64,000 nucleotides of DNA, from assembly GCA_015066525.1 (NCBI GenBank), contig SVOG01000014.1, positions 190 through 64,189 of the forward strand, in the 5' to 3' direction. A model generated the notes under the pieces. It was not told the origin of the DNA and ran no database searches. It saw nothing but the letters and a program-made list of their open reading frames with translations. A program made the position numbers and the translations under genes. Positions 10,156 to 22,347 of the stretch are shown piece by piece (position 1 is the first letter of the stretch; every line of letters starts with the position of its first letter). This DNA comes from Oscillospiraceae bacterium. GTDB taxonomy: Bacteria > Bacillota > Clostridia > Oscillospirales > Acutalibacteraceae.

Positions 10156-10866
10156 ATGCTCGGAATTATCGGTGCCATGGATGTCGAAATCGACACCGTC
10201 AAAAGTAAACTTCAGTCCCGGACCGTTACCCGGATTGCGGGTATGGATTTCGTGTGCGGCACGCTCGAAGGCGTCATGGTGTGCGCGGCGCAGTGCTCAC
10301 CCGGCAAGGTGAACGCCGCCATGTGCGCACAGATTATGATTGACCGTTTTAAGGTGTCGTGCGTTATCAATATCGGCGTCGGCTGCTCGCTGAGCGAACG
10401 CGTCGTCATTAAGAACGTTGTCATCGCGACCGACGTGTGCGAATACGATGTGGACATTACCGCGCTCGGCGAACCGCGCGGCTATATCAACGGTCTGAAT
10501 ATGATTCAGATTCCGACCGATAAGGCACTGTCGGACGAGCTGGCACAAACCGCGATTATCTGCGGCGAAAAAATACACCGCGGCTCGGTAGCCAGCGGCG
10601 ACACTTTCATTGCCGATAATGACCTCAAAGCGATGCTTTCCGAGGATTTCGGCGCCATCTGCGGCGAAATGGAGGGCGGCGCTATCGGTCATGTCTGCGC
10701 GGCGAACGGGGTGCCCTTCGCCGTACTGCGCTCCATCAGTGACGGTGGCAACGCGGATGCCCAGCTTGACTACCCTACCTTTAAGACCGTGGCGGCAAAT
10801 ATCTCCACATCCATTATCCTTAACTTTATCAAGAAACAGAAAACACAGATTACTTTTGAGTTATAA
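10156..10866 (+). CDS. mtnN: 5'-methylthioadenosine/S-adenosylhomocysteine nucleosidase
   Basis: GIIGAM..E, GKVNAA, SGDTF, EMEGGA, RSISD. Confidence 0.93.
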   Translation: MLGIIGAMDVEIDTVKSKLQSRTVTRIAGMDFVCGTLEGVMVCAAQCSPGKVNAAMCAQIMIDRFKVSCVINIGVGCSLSERVVIKNVVIATDVCEYDVDITALGEPRGYINGLNMIQIPTDKALSDELAQTAIICGEKIHRGSVASGDTFIADNDLKAMLSEDFGAICGEMEGGAIGHVCAANGVPFAVLRSISDGGNADAQLDYPTFKTVAANISTSIILNFIKKQKTQITFEL

Positions 10867-10869
10867 ATG

Positions 10870-10897
10870 AAAAGGGCTCGCCCTTTGGCAAGCCCTT
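10870..10897. terminator. Probable bidirectional terminator
   Basis: AAGGGCT..AGCCCTT hairpin between convergent genes. Confidence 0.6.
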
Positions 10898-11507
10898 AGT
10901 CAATGATATAATTTCCGAGGATGAATTCCTCCGCCTGATTAATCAGCTCAACGATGGAGGTGTAGTCCGTTCCGTCAAGTCCGGTGCGGCTGCGGTCCTC
11001 AATCAGCGCGAATTTTGCATCCTCGACGGCGATGGCAGCCGAGGCAAGTTCTCTTGCGACGGTGTAGTCAATTTTGAAGAGCTCCTTCGGCAGTGCGCCC
11101 GCCTTGGCGAGGGTTAATGCGCCGCGGTACAGCGCGAGCATATAGTAATCGCATACAAACTGCTGCGCGTTGCTGCCCGAGGACACGGTAAACGCCATAT
11201 CGAGTAACTGCTTGGTCGCGCGGGAGAGTGTCGCAAGCGGAAGAGAGTCGTCGTCGACAAGACCTACCGCTGCGCCGTTTCTGCTCTCGCTGACGCCGAG
11301 AAGATAGTCGGTTGTTACGTGATAATATTCGCTGCACTTGATGACAAAATCAAGTCCGCATTCTCTGATTCCTTTTTCATAGTGGGAGAGCAGCGCCTGG
11401 GAAATACCGAGGTCGGTGGCAGCCTTTTTCTGGCTGATGCCCCTCTCCTTTCTGAGCTGCGACAGAACGGTCGAAAACTTGCTCAGTTTCTCTTTATCCT
11501 TGGTCAT
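10896..11507 (-). CDS. XRE-family HTH transcriptional regulator
   Basis: LRKERGISQKKAATDLGISQALLSHYEKG..TTDYLLG. Confidence 0.88.
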   Translation of the reverse strand: MTKDKEKLSKFSTVLSQLRKERGISQKKAATDLGISQALLSHYEKGIRECGLDFVIKCSEYYHVTTDYLLGVSESRNGAAVGLVDDDSLPLATLSRATKQLLDMAFTVSSGSNAQQFVCDYYMLALYRGALTLAKAGALPKELFKIDYTVARELASAAIAVEDAKFALIEDRSRTGLDGTDYTSIVELINQAEEFILGNYIID

Positions 11508-11646
11508 ATTTTCATCTCTAACTTATACTATTTGTAATGCTTTTTCATTATAGTCCTAATTATACATTTTGTAAACATACAAATTGTTTTTGTAATTTTT
11601 TGTAATAAAACCAAGTAATTTCAATCATTTTTGGAGGTTTCGCATC

Positions 11647-12279
11647 GTGAAATCATACACTCTGTATTTATTTCGTCACGGACTGACGAAGGGAAATATC
11701 AACGCACAGTATATAGGGCATACCGATTTGCCGCTAACAACGGATAGTATATCCGACCTGAAAAATATCAAGGCACGCCACCATTACCCCGCAGTGGACG
11801 CAGTCTTTGTTTCGCCTCTGAAACGGGCAAAACAGAGTGCCGATATTATGTTTCCAAAAAATAACAAAATTGTAATAGATGAATTCATCGAGTATAATTT
11901 CGGCGAGTTTGAGGGGCTGACCGCGGATGACCTGAAGGACAATGCGGATTTTGCCGAATGGCTGCGCGGCGACATCACCGCGCGTCCCCCGCACGGCGAG
12001 AGCAACGCCGAATTTATCCACCGCGTATGTACCGCCTTTGAGAAGGTTATCGACGGCTGCATCAAAACGGGCACGCAGCATATTGCCATCGTCGCCCACG
12101 CGGGTGTGCTGATGACAATTCTCTCGAGTTTCGGACTGCCCGAGGCGCCGATGGCGCACTGGCAGATGGATGCCGGCTACGGCTATAAGCTCCGCATCAC
12201 ACCCTCGCTCTGGATGCAGGGAAGAAAAATAGAGGTCGTCGACCTTGCACCGGAAAGCATTAAGGAGCTAAATAGCTAA
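11647..12279 (+). CDS. Histidine phosphatase (PGM/CobC family)
   Basis: RHG motif, SPLKRA, EYNFGEFEG, AHAG. Confidence 0.9.
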   Translation: MKSYTLYLFRHGLTKGNINAQYIGHTDLPLTTDSISDLKNIKARHHYPAVDAVFVSPLKRAKQSADIMFPKNNKIVIDEFIEYNFGEFEGLTADDLKDNADFAEWLRGDITARPPHGESNAEFIHRVCTAFEKVIDGCIKTGTQHIAIVAHAGVLMTILSSFGLPEAPMAHWQMDAGYGYKLRITPSLWMQGRKIEVVDLAPESIKELNS

Positions 12280-12427
12280 GAGCGAATTTCACGCTTTGCG
12301 TGAGCTAATTTTGCCTTCGGCAAGCTATAACTATTAAATCAGCAACCTCGCGCCCAAAGCGTTAAGGGGCTAAATAGCTAAGAGCGAATTTCACGCTTTG
12401 CGTGAGCTAATTTTGCCTTCGGCAAGC
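12254..12427 (+). repeat. 72-bp direct repeat x2 (12254-12325, 12356-12427) built from AGCTAA(T) units and mini-hairpins
   Basis: 70/72 identical, 30-bp spacer; first copy overlaps the phosphatase stop codon. Confidence 0.92.
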
Positions 12428-12442
12428 GAAAGGAGTACTCAT

Positions 12443-12802
12443 ATGGCGGACAGTATTATGCTTGAAAAGTCAAAAGAATTAGCTGTCGACACTGTTTTAA
12501 TCGGCAAAGAGATTATACAAAATCAAAAAGAGTATGTTCTGACGCGTCAACTTATCAAAAGCGGAACTTCCGTTGGTGCGAATATACATGAATCTAAGTA
12601 TGCCCAAAGCACGGCTGACTTTATCTCAAAAATGCAAATAGCGCTCAAAGAGTGCTACGAAAGTGAGTATTGGCTCGAAATTATGCACAAAACCGGTTAT
12701 CTGAACGAAAACGATTTTCAAAAGCTTATAACAAAATGCCGTGAAATAAGACGGATGCTCATTGCGTCCATCAATACCGCAAAAAGCAACGGCAGCTCTT
12801 AG
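12443..12802 (+). CDS. Four-helix bundle protein (TIGR02436 / 23S-IVS protein / Avd-like fold)
   Basis: QLIKSGTSVGANIHES..S.ADFISKMQIALKEC.ES.YWL motif; AAGGAG RBS before ATG 12443. Confidence 0.9.
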   Translation: MADSIMLEKSKELAVDTVLIGKEIIQNQKEYVLTRQLIKSGTSVGANIHESKYAQSTADFISKMQIALKECYESEYWLEIMHKTGYLNENDFQKLITKCREIRRMLIASINTAKSNGSS

Positions 12803-12864
12803 CTCGCCGACGGCGAAATTAGCTGCGAAGCAAATTAGCTTGTGCGACAGCACAAAATTAGCTA
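12799..12864. repeat. AAATTAGCT x4 array separated by three mini-hairpins
   Basis: TTAGCT-CGCCGACGGCG-AAATTAGCT-GCGAAGC-AAATTAGCT-TGTGCGACAGCACA-AAATTAGCT; unit is the reverse complement of the upstream unit. Confidence 0.85.
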
Positions 12865-12898
12865 AAAAAGGAAGACTCATTCAGAGTCTTCCTTTTTT
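12864..12898. terminator. Bidirectional intrinsic terminator
   Basis: AAAAAAGGAAGACTC-ATTCA-GAGTCTTCCTTTTTT; overlaps LCP gene 3' end. Confidence 0.8.
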
Positions 12899-14469
12899 GT
12901 TGTCGTTTCAACCACGGTTACTTCGCCGTAGTGATTATTCGTAATGGTGGCATACATCCTGCCGGCGCCCTCACTGTAAAAGCCTCGTTCGGGGCACTTT
13001 GCGGAGTCGGGTCGAATGTGCGCCAGCGTGATATTCGATTTGCCGTAGATGATGGACTGCAGATTGTACGCGTCCTGCGGATAATCGCAGCGCCAAATCC
13101 ACTGACCGTAGTAGATACCGCCCTTGAGGTTGTACTCGGGGAGGTTTTGCATATAAATATCGAAATCCAGCCAGCCCTGGGTAAACGCATATTTCGCTAT
13201 CTTGACAATCTCGCTCTTGCCGAAACTCGTCTTGACATACGGGATGAGTTTATTAATAACCTTGAGCAGCTTGACGGTCGAGGCGTCCTTCGTCTGGTTA
13301 AAAATCTCGATAAGGCAGGTCTTTTGTCTGTCGGCTCTCATATTATCGGAGTCGAGTTTACGGATACGGCAGTACGCGAGCGCCTGTTTGCCCGTCAGCT
13401 TCTGCTTGCCCTTGTTGCCCTCAAATTCCTTATCAATCGTGACGTGACCGTAACGGCTCTGGTGATTATTAATCTCGTTAATCTCCGCCGATGTCAGCTC
13501 GAGCGTAACGCCGCCGAGCGTGTCCACAATGCTCTCAAAAGAGTCAAAGTTTACAATGGCATAATTATCAATCCGTATTTTATACAGATTTTCAAGGCAG
13601 GTGATATAGGCGTTGATGTCACCCGTGGACATCGCGCCGTTAATCTTGCCGAACTGTCCCGTCTCGGCGTTGCCCTTATCGGTCTCCCAGTATGCCCACG
13701 CATCGCGCAGAATAGAGGTCAGCGTAATCTGCTTGGTGTCAATGTTGACGCTGACGATAATTGCCGAGTCGGCTCTCGTTCCCTCGTCGAGAATTTCGCT
13801 GCCCCTCGTATCCTCGCCGATCAGCAGGATGTTGAGCACATGGGTCGACGAGCAGGGCTTGCCGTTATAATACCAGTCGCGAATCATATCCTGGAGGGAG
13901 GAAAGTTCGGTCGCCTCTTTCTCGTTAATCGGCTCAAAACTTTCCTCAAGCTTGTCCATACCCGTCCACAAACTCTCGGTGGTGGCAACGGTATTGTCCT
14001 TGTTGTTATCCACAAGGTTGTTAATCATATGATTGGCAACCACAACCGCGGCGATGCCCGCACCGATAATCAGTACCACGAGGGCGATGATAATCGCGGT
14101 GACGGTTTTCTTTGTCTTGGGAGACATCTTTTTCTTCTCGGGGAGGGTTTCGTTTTCCTCCGCGACGGGGAGTTCCTCCTCGGCGATGTGCATCATATCC
14201 ACCGCGTCGGCGGGTGCTTCCTCAGTCTCGGGGATTTCTTCTGCCGCAGGCATTTCTTCGGCAGGCTCTTCTGCCACCTCAGGTGCTTCCTCGGTTTCAG
14301 GGTTTTCCTCCTCGGGTTCCGGTTCCACGGGGGACTCTTCGACGGCGGGAGGCTCCTCATCCTGTTTCACAGGAGCAGGATTCTCCACCTCTTCCTTATG
14401 TTTCTTTACCTCAGAGAGGATGTCGTCAATATCGTATTCCTTGTCCATACCATTCTCCTCTTGGGACAT
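12877..14469 (-). CDS. LCP (LytR-CpsA-Psr) family cell-wall glycopolymer transferase with acidic Glu/Pro-rich N-terminus
   Basis: One TM, NILLIGED, RADS, SILRD, KIN, YCRIR..D..RADRQ. Confidence 0.92.
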   Translation of the reverse strand: MSQEENGMDKEYDIDDILSEVKKHKEEVENPAPVKQDEEPPAVEESPVEPEPEEENPETEEAPEVAEEPAEEMPAAEEIPETEEAPADAVDMMHIAEEELPVAEENETLPEKKKMSPKTKKTVTAIIIALVVLIIGAGIAAVVVANHMINNLVDNNKDNTVATTESLWTGMDKLEESFEPINEKEATELSSLQDMIRDWYYNGKPCSSTHVLNILLIGEDTRGSEILDEGTRADSAIIVSVNIDTKQITLTSILRDAWAYWETDKGNAETGQFGKINGAMSTGDINAYITCLENLYKIRIDNYAIVNFDSFESIVDTLGGVTLELTSAEINEINNHQSRYGHVTIDKEFEGNKGKQKLTGKQALAYCRIRKLDSDNMRADRQKTCLIEIFNQTKDASTVKLLKVINKLIPYVKTSFGKSEIVKIAKYAFTQGWLDFDIYMQNLPEYNLKGGIYYGQWIWRCDYPQDAYNLQSIIYGKSNITLAHIRPDSAKCPERGFYSEGAGRMYATITNNHYGEVTVVETTTKKEDSE

Positions 14470-14538
14470 ATGCTTTATCTATTAAATACACGGGATTCAT
14501 AACGTGTATTTGAATGAGCGGTGAATAATATGTAAATA

Positions 14539-17049
14539 TTATTCCTGCACGGGTGCTTCGGTCTCCGCCGTTTCGGGTGCTTCGGCGTTTTCCTCAGCCT
14601 CGTCCTCGGTCTCCTCGTACTTATCAACGATGGAAAGAGTCGCGAGACGCTCGCCGTCCTTCACCCGCATTACCTTAACGCCCTTGCCGGGACGCTTGAC
14701 TTGTGAAATCTGGTCGGCGTGCGTGCGGATGACGATACCGTCGGTCGTAATCATAATGACGTCGTTCTCGTCGTCGACGGGCGCAATCATCGCCACCTTG
14801 CCGAACTGCTCGGTGCGGTAGTTAATCAGACCCTTACCCGCTCTCGACTGTACGCGGTAGTCGGAGAATTCGCTCTTTCTGCCGTAGCCTGTTTCGCTGA
14901 CGGTGAGTAACTGCTTGCCGGGTACGGATACTGCAAATCCGACAACATAGTCGCCGTCTCTGAGCTGAATTGCCTTCACGCCGCGCGCCGTTCTGCCGAT
15001 GAGGCGTGCGTCGCTCTCCTTAAAGCAGATTGCCATACCGTCGTGGGTCGCCACGATGAGTTCGCGCTCGCCGTCAGTGACATCCACCCAGCAGAGTTCG
15101 TCGCCCTCGTCGAGATTAATTGCGATAATGCCGCTCTTGCGGATATGGTCGTACTGGTCAATCGCCGTTCTTTTAATGATACCGTTTCGGGTGACCATAC
15201 AGAGATATGCTCTCTCCTCTTCCTTGGGAATCTTGACCATCGCGGATACGGTCTCGTCCTGCTCGAGCGGGAGAAGGTTGACGACGTTCATACCCTTGCT
15301 CGTACGCGATGCCTCGGGAATCTGGTAGCCCTTCATCTTAAACACTTTGCCGCGATTGGTAAAAATCATTACGAAATCGTGGGTCGAGCAGGTAAACATT
15401 GTCTTGGCGTAATCCTCCTCGCGGCGCGACATACCCATAATGCCCTTGCCGCCGCGGTTCTGCGCCTTATAGGTGTCGACCGTCTGGCGTTTCATATAGC
15501 CGCGCTCGGTGAGGGTGAGGATGCAGTCCTCAACGGGGATTAAGTCCTCGTCATCCACATCACCGGTGAACGCCGAAATTTCAGTGCGGCGCTCGTCGCC
15601 GAATTTCTCGGCGATTTCGCGGGATTCTTCCTTGATAATATCGAGGATGCGCGCCTCGTGAGCAAGAATATCGAGATAATCCTTAATCCTTGCGTGTAAA
15701 TCATCGAGTTCGTTGAGAATCTTCTCAATTTCAAGTCCGGCGAGCTGACCGAGACGGTATGCGACGATGGCGCTTGCCTGCGGGTCGTCAAATCCGAACT
15801 TGTCCATAATTGCCTGCTTCGCCTCAGCCTGGCCGCCCTTGCAGGCGCGGATGGTCGCGATAACGTCATCAACAATGTCAATCGCCTTGGCGAGACCTTC
15901 GAGGATATGCGCTCTCTCCTGCGCTTTCTTGAGGTCGAACTCAGTTCTTCTCTTGATAATATCCTTCTGGAATACAATGTATTTCTCGAGGATGGTTTTG
16001 AGGTTCATAACCTTCGGTACGCCGTCGTCGAGCGCCAGCAGAATGGTGCCGAAGGTGACCTGCATATCGGTAAGTTTATAGAGGTTGTTGAGAACAACCT
16101 GCGCGTTTGCGTCGCGCTTTACGGTGACTTCGATGTGCATACCGCGTCTGTCGGAGTAGTCCTGAACGTCGGCAACACCCTCGAGTCTCTTTTCCTTAAC
16201 AAGGTCGGCGATACGCGTAATCAGTCGTGCTTTGTTGACGCCGTAGGGAATTTCGGATACGACAATCTTAAATCTGTCGCCCTTTGCCTCCACGATTTCA
16301 GCGCGTGCGCGCACATAAATCTTGCCGCGGCCCGTTGCGTAAGCCTCGCGGATGCCCTTGGCGCCCATAATGATACCGCCTGTCGGGAAATCGGGACCCT
16401 TGATGTGCTGCATAATATCCTCGAGTTGAGCCTCGGGATTATCAATCAGGCAGCACATACCCTCGACAACCTCACGCATATTGTGGGGCGGGATATTCGT
16501 CGCCATACCGACCGCGATACCCGAAGAGCCGTTAACAAGCAGATTCGGGAAACGCGCCGGGAGAACGGTCGGCTCATTTTCGGTGTCGTCGAAGTTCGGC
16601 GCCCAGTCGACCGTGTCTTTCTTAATATCATCGAGCATTTTCAGCGCCGTTTTGGAGAGGCGGCTCTCGGTATAACGGTAAGCAGCCGGCGGGTCGCCGT
16701 CGATGGAACCGAAGTTACCGTGGCCGTCCACGAGAATGTGGCGCATCGAGAATGTCTGTGCCAGTCTTACCATCGCATCATATACGGAAGCGTCACCGTG
16801 CGGATGATAGTGACCGAGCACATCACCGACGGTGGTGGCGCACTTTCTGTACGGACTTGTCGGGTAAAGACTGTTTTTATACATCGCATAGAGAATGCGG
16901 CGGTGTACGGGCTTCAGTCCGTCGCGCACGTCGGGAAGCGCACGGGATACGATAACGCTCATTGAGTAATCAAGGAATGCCTTGCGAATCTCGGTGCTAA
17001 TCTCTACATCTACGATTTTTTGGTTATCATAGCGTATTTCCTGGTCCAT
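14539..17049 (-). CDS. gyrA: DNA gyrase subunit A
   Basis: [28 protein letters not shown], GyrA-box QNRGGKG. Confidence 0.98.
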   Translation of the reverse strand: MDQEIRYDNQKIVDVEISTEIRKAFLDYSMSVIVSRALPDVRDGLKPVHRRILYAMYKNSLYPTSPYRKCATTVGDVLGHYHPHGDASVYDAMVRLAQTFSMRHILVDGHGNFGSIDGDPPAAYRYTESRLSKTALKMLDDIKKDTVDWAPNFDDTENEPTVLPARFPNLLVNGSSGIAVGMATNIPPHNMREVVEGMCCLIDNPEAQLEDIMQHIKGPDFPTGGIIMGAKGIREAYATGRGKIYVRARAEIVEAKGDRFKIVVSEIPYGVNKARLITRIADLVKEKRLEGVADVQDYSDRRGMHIEVTVKRDANAQVVLNNLYKLTDMQVTFGTILLALDDGVPKVMNLKTILEKYIVFQKDIIKRRTEFDLKKAQERAHILEGLAKAIDIVDDVIATIRACKGGQAEAKQAIMDKFGFDDPQASAIVAYRLGQLAGLEIEKILNELDDLHARIKDYLDILAHEARILDIIKEESREIAEKFGDERRTEISAFTGDVDDEDLIPVEDCILTLTERGYMKRQTVDTYKAQNRGGKGIMGMSRREEDYAKTMFTCSTHDFVMIFTNRGKVFKMKGYQIPEASRTSKGMNVVNLLPLEQDETVSAMVKIPKEEERAYLCMVTRNGIIKRTAIDQYDHIRKSGIIAINLDEGDELCWVDVTDGERELIVATHDGMAICFKESDARLIGRTARGVKAIQLRDGDYVVGFAVSVPGKQLLTVSETGYGRKSEFSDYRVQSRAGKGLINYRTEQFGKVAMIAPVDDENDVIMITTDGIVIRTHADQISQVKRPGKGVKVMRVKDGERLATLSIVDKYEETEDEAEENAEAPETAETEAPVQE

Positions 17050-17071
17050 ATAAAATCTCCTAACCTTATTT

Positions 17072-17232
17072 GCTTCCCCTCGGGGGGAAGCTGTCAGCCA
17101 AAGGCTAACCGATGAGGGGATTAACCCTCAGTTACATTTATGTATTTCATTTTCTTAATGTGGAGTTTTTATGATTCTTCATATCTCCCCTCATCCACCG
17201 CAAGCGGTCCCCCTTCCCCCGAGGGGGAAGGC
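17072..17232. repeat. Inverted pair of REP-like palindromes (REPIN-like) between gyrB and gyrA
   Basis: GCTTCCCCTCGGGGGGAAG..GATGAGGGG and CCCCTCATCCACCGCAAGCGGTCCCCCTTCCCCCGAGGGGGAAGGC. Confidence 0.8.
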
Positions 17233-17291
17233 TTTTTTGACAATACCGAAACGCGGCGATTTGAGCCTCGCCGTTTAGCGATGTTGCCTTT

Positions 17292-19536
<2,245 letters not shown>

Positions 19537-19653
19537 TCGTCGCTTGGCGACTTCGTGATTGAAACATAATGCTACCGCATTATGTTAATCATTACTTCGT
19601 CGTTGCTCCTTCTCCGACAAAAATCCGGCATTGCCTGCTTTTTTGTCGGTTTT

Positions 19654-20739
19654 TTATTTTAATTCTCCGCTTTCTATATGCAGGGTTTTGCCTTCTTTTA
19701 GCCGCAATATCTGTTCCTTATCACAGCAGGTGATGAATACCTGCAGTCCCTTGATACGGTTGAGGATATAATCCTGGCGCTTTTCGTCGAGTTCACTCAT
19801 CACATCGTCGAGCAGGGCAATCGGTCGGATACCCGTCATCTGCTCGAGCAGTGCCGCCTCGGCAAGTTTGAGTGCAAGCACGCAGCTGCGCTGCTGCCCC
19901 TGAGAGCCGAATTTACGTGCGGATTTTCCGTTTATCAGAATGTCGATATCGTCGCGGTGCGCGCCGGCGGAGGTAGTTCTGTTTTGCAAATCCTGCACCT
20001 TGTTTTCCTCAAGTGCCTTCAGAATATTCTGCTCAATAACCGCCGTGTCGCTGACTTCGCTGACCGCGCCGAGATAGAGAATGTCAATTTCTTCCGTACC
20101 CGAACTGATGCCCGCGTATATTTCTTTAACATATGGGCTGATTGCCTCGATATAGCGCAGGCGCTGATTGACAATCTTTGCACCGATGCGGGCAAGGTTT
20201 TCATTCCAGATGTAGAGCATTCCCTCCATTTCGGGATGGTGAAGGACATCTTTAAGCAGATTATTACGCTGCACAAGCGCGCGATTGTAGTCGCTGAGTA
20301 GATTTTTGTAGCCGCTCTTAATCTGACAGAGGGCACCGTCAATAAAGCGACGCCGCTCAATCGGTCCGTCCTTAATCATACTGAGATGCACGGGGGAGAA
20401 GATAACCGCCTTAATCTCTTCACCGAGTGCGGCGGCACTCTTTTTCTTAATGCCGTTGAGCGTAGCCTCCCGCCGTCCATTGATAAACAGTTCGGCGTTT
20501 TGCTTTCTGCCGTTTCCTTCGAATTCAATGCTGAGTTTTGCACTTTCGCAGTCAAATCTGACGAGTTCCTTATCGCGAACGCCGCGAAAGCTCTTCGCTC
20601 CGGTAAAGAGATACAGCGCTTCAATTAGGTTTGTTTTGCCCTGTGCATTTTCGCCCCAGGTGATGTTGACATCGTCAAAGGTAGCGGACATTGTTTCAAT
20701 ATTACGAAAATGGGTAATATCAATCTTATTTATTTTCAT
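19654..20739 (-). CDS. recF: DNA replication/repair protein RecF
   Basis: GENAQGKTN, GSQGQQR, LLDDVMSELD. Confidence 0.97.
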   Translation of the reverse strand: MKINKIDITHFRNIETMSATFDDVNITWGENAQGKTNLIEALYLFTGAKSFRGVRDKELVRFDCESAKLSIEFEGNGRKQNAELFINGRREATLNGIKKKSAAALGEEIKAVIFSPVHLSMIKDGPIERRRFIDGALCQIKSGYKNLLSDYNRALVQRNNLLKDVLHHPEMEGMLYIWNENLARIGAKIVNQRLRYIEAISPYVKEIYAGISSGTEEIDILYLGAVSEVSDTAVIEQNILKALEENKVQDLQNRTTSAGAHRDDIDILINGKSARKFGSQGQQRSCVLALKLAEAALLEQMTGIRPIALLDDVMSELDEKRQDYILNRIKGLQVFITCCDKEQILRLKEGKTLHIESGELK

Positions 20740-20977
20740 TGATAATCTGATAATCCGTGCCGAAGGCGGTTACGGTGTCGCCATCGCGCAGTTTCTTGCC
20801 GCGCGCGGTACAGACTTCACCATTGACGCGGATAATTCCGTCCTGTATAAATTCTTTTGCCTGACCGCCCGTTTCACTGATTCCCTTGAATTTAAGAAAT
20901 GACTGAAGTTGGATAAAATCCGTATTAATTCTGACAATTTCTTTTGGGTGTTCTTTTATTTTAACATTAATTTTCAT
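20726..20977 (-). CDS. yaaA: S4-domain RNA-binding protein YaaA
   Basis: TGGQAK..VNGE..RGKKL; between dnaN and recF. Confidence 0.9.
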   Translation of the reverse strand: MKINVKIKEHPKEIVRINTDFIQLQSFLKFKGISETGGQAKEFIQDGIIRVNGEVCTARGKKLRDGDTVTAFGTDYQIINENK

Positions 20978-22076
20978 TACGCAGCCTCATCGGGAGTACG
21001 AGGAAAAGAAAATTATCGCCGCTGATGGGCATAATTTTTACGGGGCTGACAGGTCCTGCAAGTTCAATACGTACTTCGTCGGTGTCGGACGCATTCAGCG
21101 CGTCGAGCATAAATTTGGAATTAAAACCGATTTCAACGCGCTCACCCGAGGTGTTGGCGTGGGTATGGTCGACGAATCTGCCGAGACTTGATACGGTCGA
21201 TACACGCATCTCGTCGTTATCAAACATACATCTGATGGGATTCTTTTGATTATTTTCAATAACGGGAAGCGTACGCTGGATGCAGTTGATTGCTTCGTTT
21301 GTATTAATGAGTACCGTTGTCGTGATGACCTTCGGCATCGCACTTCTGTAATCGAGAAAATCACCGTCGAGCAGTCGGCTGATGATGGAATAATTACCTA
21401 CCTCAAAAACAATATGACGCTTTCCGACATTGACGGAAATGGTACCTTCGTCGCCGCTGATGAGTTTCATCAGCTCGCGGATAGTCTTTTTCGGTACGAT
21501 AAAGGTAATGTCCTCACCAATATAATCAATTTTTTCTTTTCTGATAGCGAGACGGAATCCGTCCACACCAATCATTGTTAATATACTGTTATTGATTTCA
21601 AATTTCAGTCCGGTATAGACGGGTTTGCCGCTCTCGCTGTCCGCAACGGCAAAGAGTGTCTGACTGACCATTGAGTGAATCATGTTTTGGTCGAATTCAA
21701 GGCTTTCCCCATTGTTGACGGACGGAAGCTCGGGATAGTCGTTTGCATCAATACCGGTGATATTATACTGTGCCGCGCCGCTGATAATGGAAACGGATAC
21801 ACCGTTTGTTTCAATTGTGACGCTCTCGTCGGCTAATTTGTTGATAATATCGCTGAATACCTTGGCATTGATGACAATATCACCCGCCTCAACAACGTCG
21901 ACACTTAATATAGTATTAATACCAAATTCAAAATCATAGCCGGTGAGGCTGAGTGTATCGGAGCCGCATTCAATTAAAATACCTTCAATGGTGGGAATGG
22001 TAACCTTCGTGCTAACGGCTCTCATTACATTGTTGCATGCAACTGAAAGTTCTTTCGTATTACAAGTGAATTTCAT
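20967..22076 (-). CDS. dnaN: DNA polymerase III beta clamp
   Basis: 369 aa, DGFRLA, SRLLDG, IGFN, LVLPMR. Confidence 0.97.
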   Translation of the reverse strand: MKFTCNTKELSVACNNVMRAVSTKVTIPTIEGILIECGSDTLSLTGYDFEFGINTILSVDVVEAGDIVINAKVFSDIINKLADESVTIETNGVSVSIISGAAQYNITGIDANDYPELPSVNNGESLEFDQNMIHSMVSQTLFAVADSESGKPVYTGLKFEINNSILTMIGVDGFRLAIRKEKIDYIGEDITFIVPKKTIRELMKLISGDEGTISVNVGKRHIVFEVGNYSIISRLLDGDFLDYRSAMPKVITTTVLINTNEAINCIQRTLPVIENNQKNPIRCMFDNDEMRVSTVSSLGRFVDHTHANTSGERVEIGFNSKFMLDALNASDTDEVRIELAGPVSPVKIMPISGDNFLFLVLPMRLRNEN

Positions 22077-22140
22077 CTGAACAATCCTTTCTTTATGAAA
22101 AAGTAAAAATGAGCAGTTTTTTCGATTTTTTGTATCATCC

Positions 22141-22338
22141 TAATTATCACTTTTATTTATAATAGTATAAGCGGTGTAAAATGTTCAAAACGCATCGAAA
22201 TACTTTTATAAACACTGTTTTGGCGTGAACAATTACGGTGGATAATTTGTCGATACATTGTTGATAATGTTCAAAATTTTGGTTTTGAACATATACTGTG
22301 GAAAATTTTATTGTTGAAAATGAAAAAATTGTTGAAAA
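22141..22338 (-). promoter_or_regulatory. oriC: DnaA-box cluster with basal unwinding motif
   Basis: About 10 DnaA-box-like 9-mers (22173, 22182, 22206, 22237, 22259, 22268, 22283, 22297, 22312, 22330); minus strand ends TTTTGAACA-TTTTACACC-GC-TTATACTATTATAAATAAAA, resembling the B. subtilis box-box-GC-DnaA-trio-AT layout. Confidence 0.85.
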
Positions 22339-22347
22339 TTTTTTTGT

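Noticed and set aside
12254-12427. Repeat-spacer-repeat resembling a mini CRISPR array
   Set aside because: Repeat is 72 bp, only two copies, overlaps a coding end, and no cas genes are present
12254-12802. Diversity-generating retroelement (Avd-like gene plus VR/TR-like pair differing at A/G)
   Set aside because: No reverse transcriptase in the window; only two transitions, and the adenines are in the gene-overlapping copy, opposite to DGR polarity
12931-14502. 523-aa plus-strand ORF and other long antisense ORFs (3590-4894, 15907-16965, 23852-25066, 35177-36085)
   Set aside because: Shadow frames of recognisable genes on the opposite strand, expected with GC-biased codon usage; no motifs or RBS
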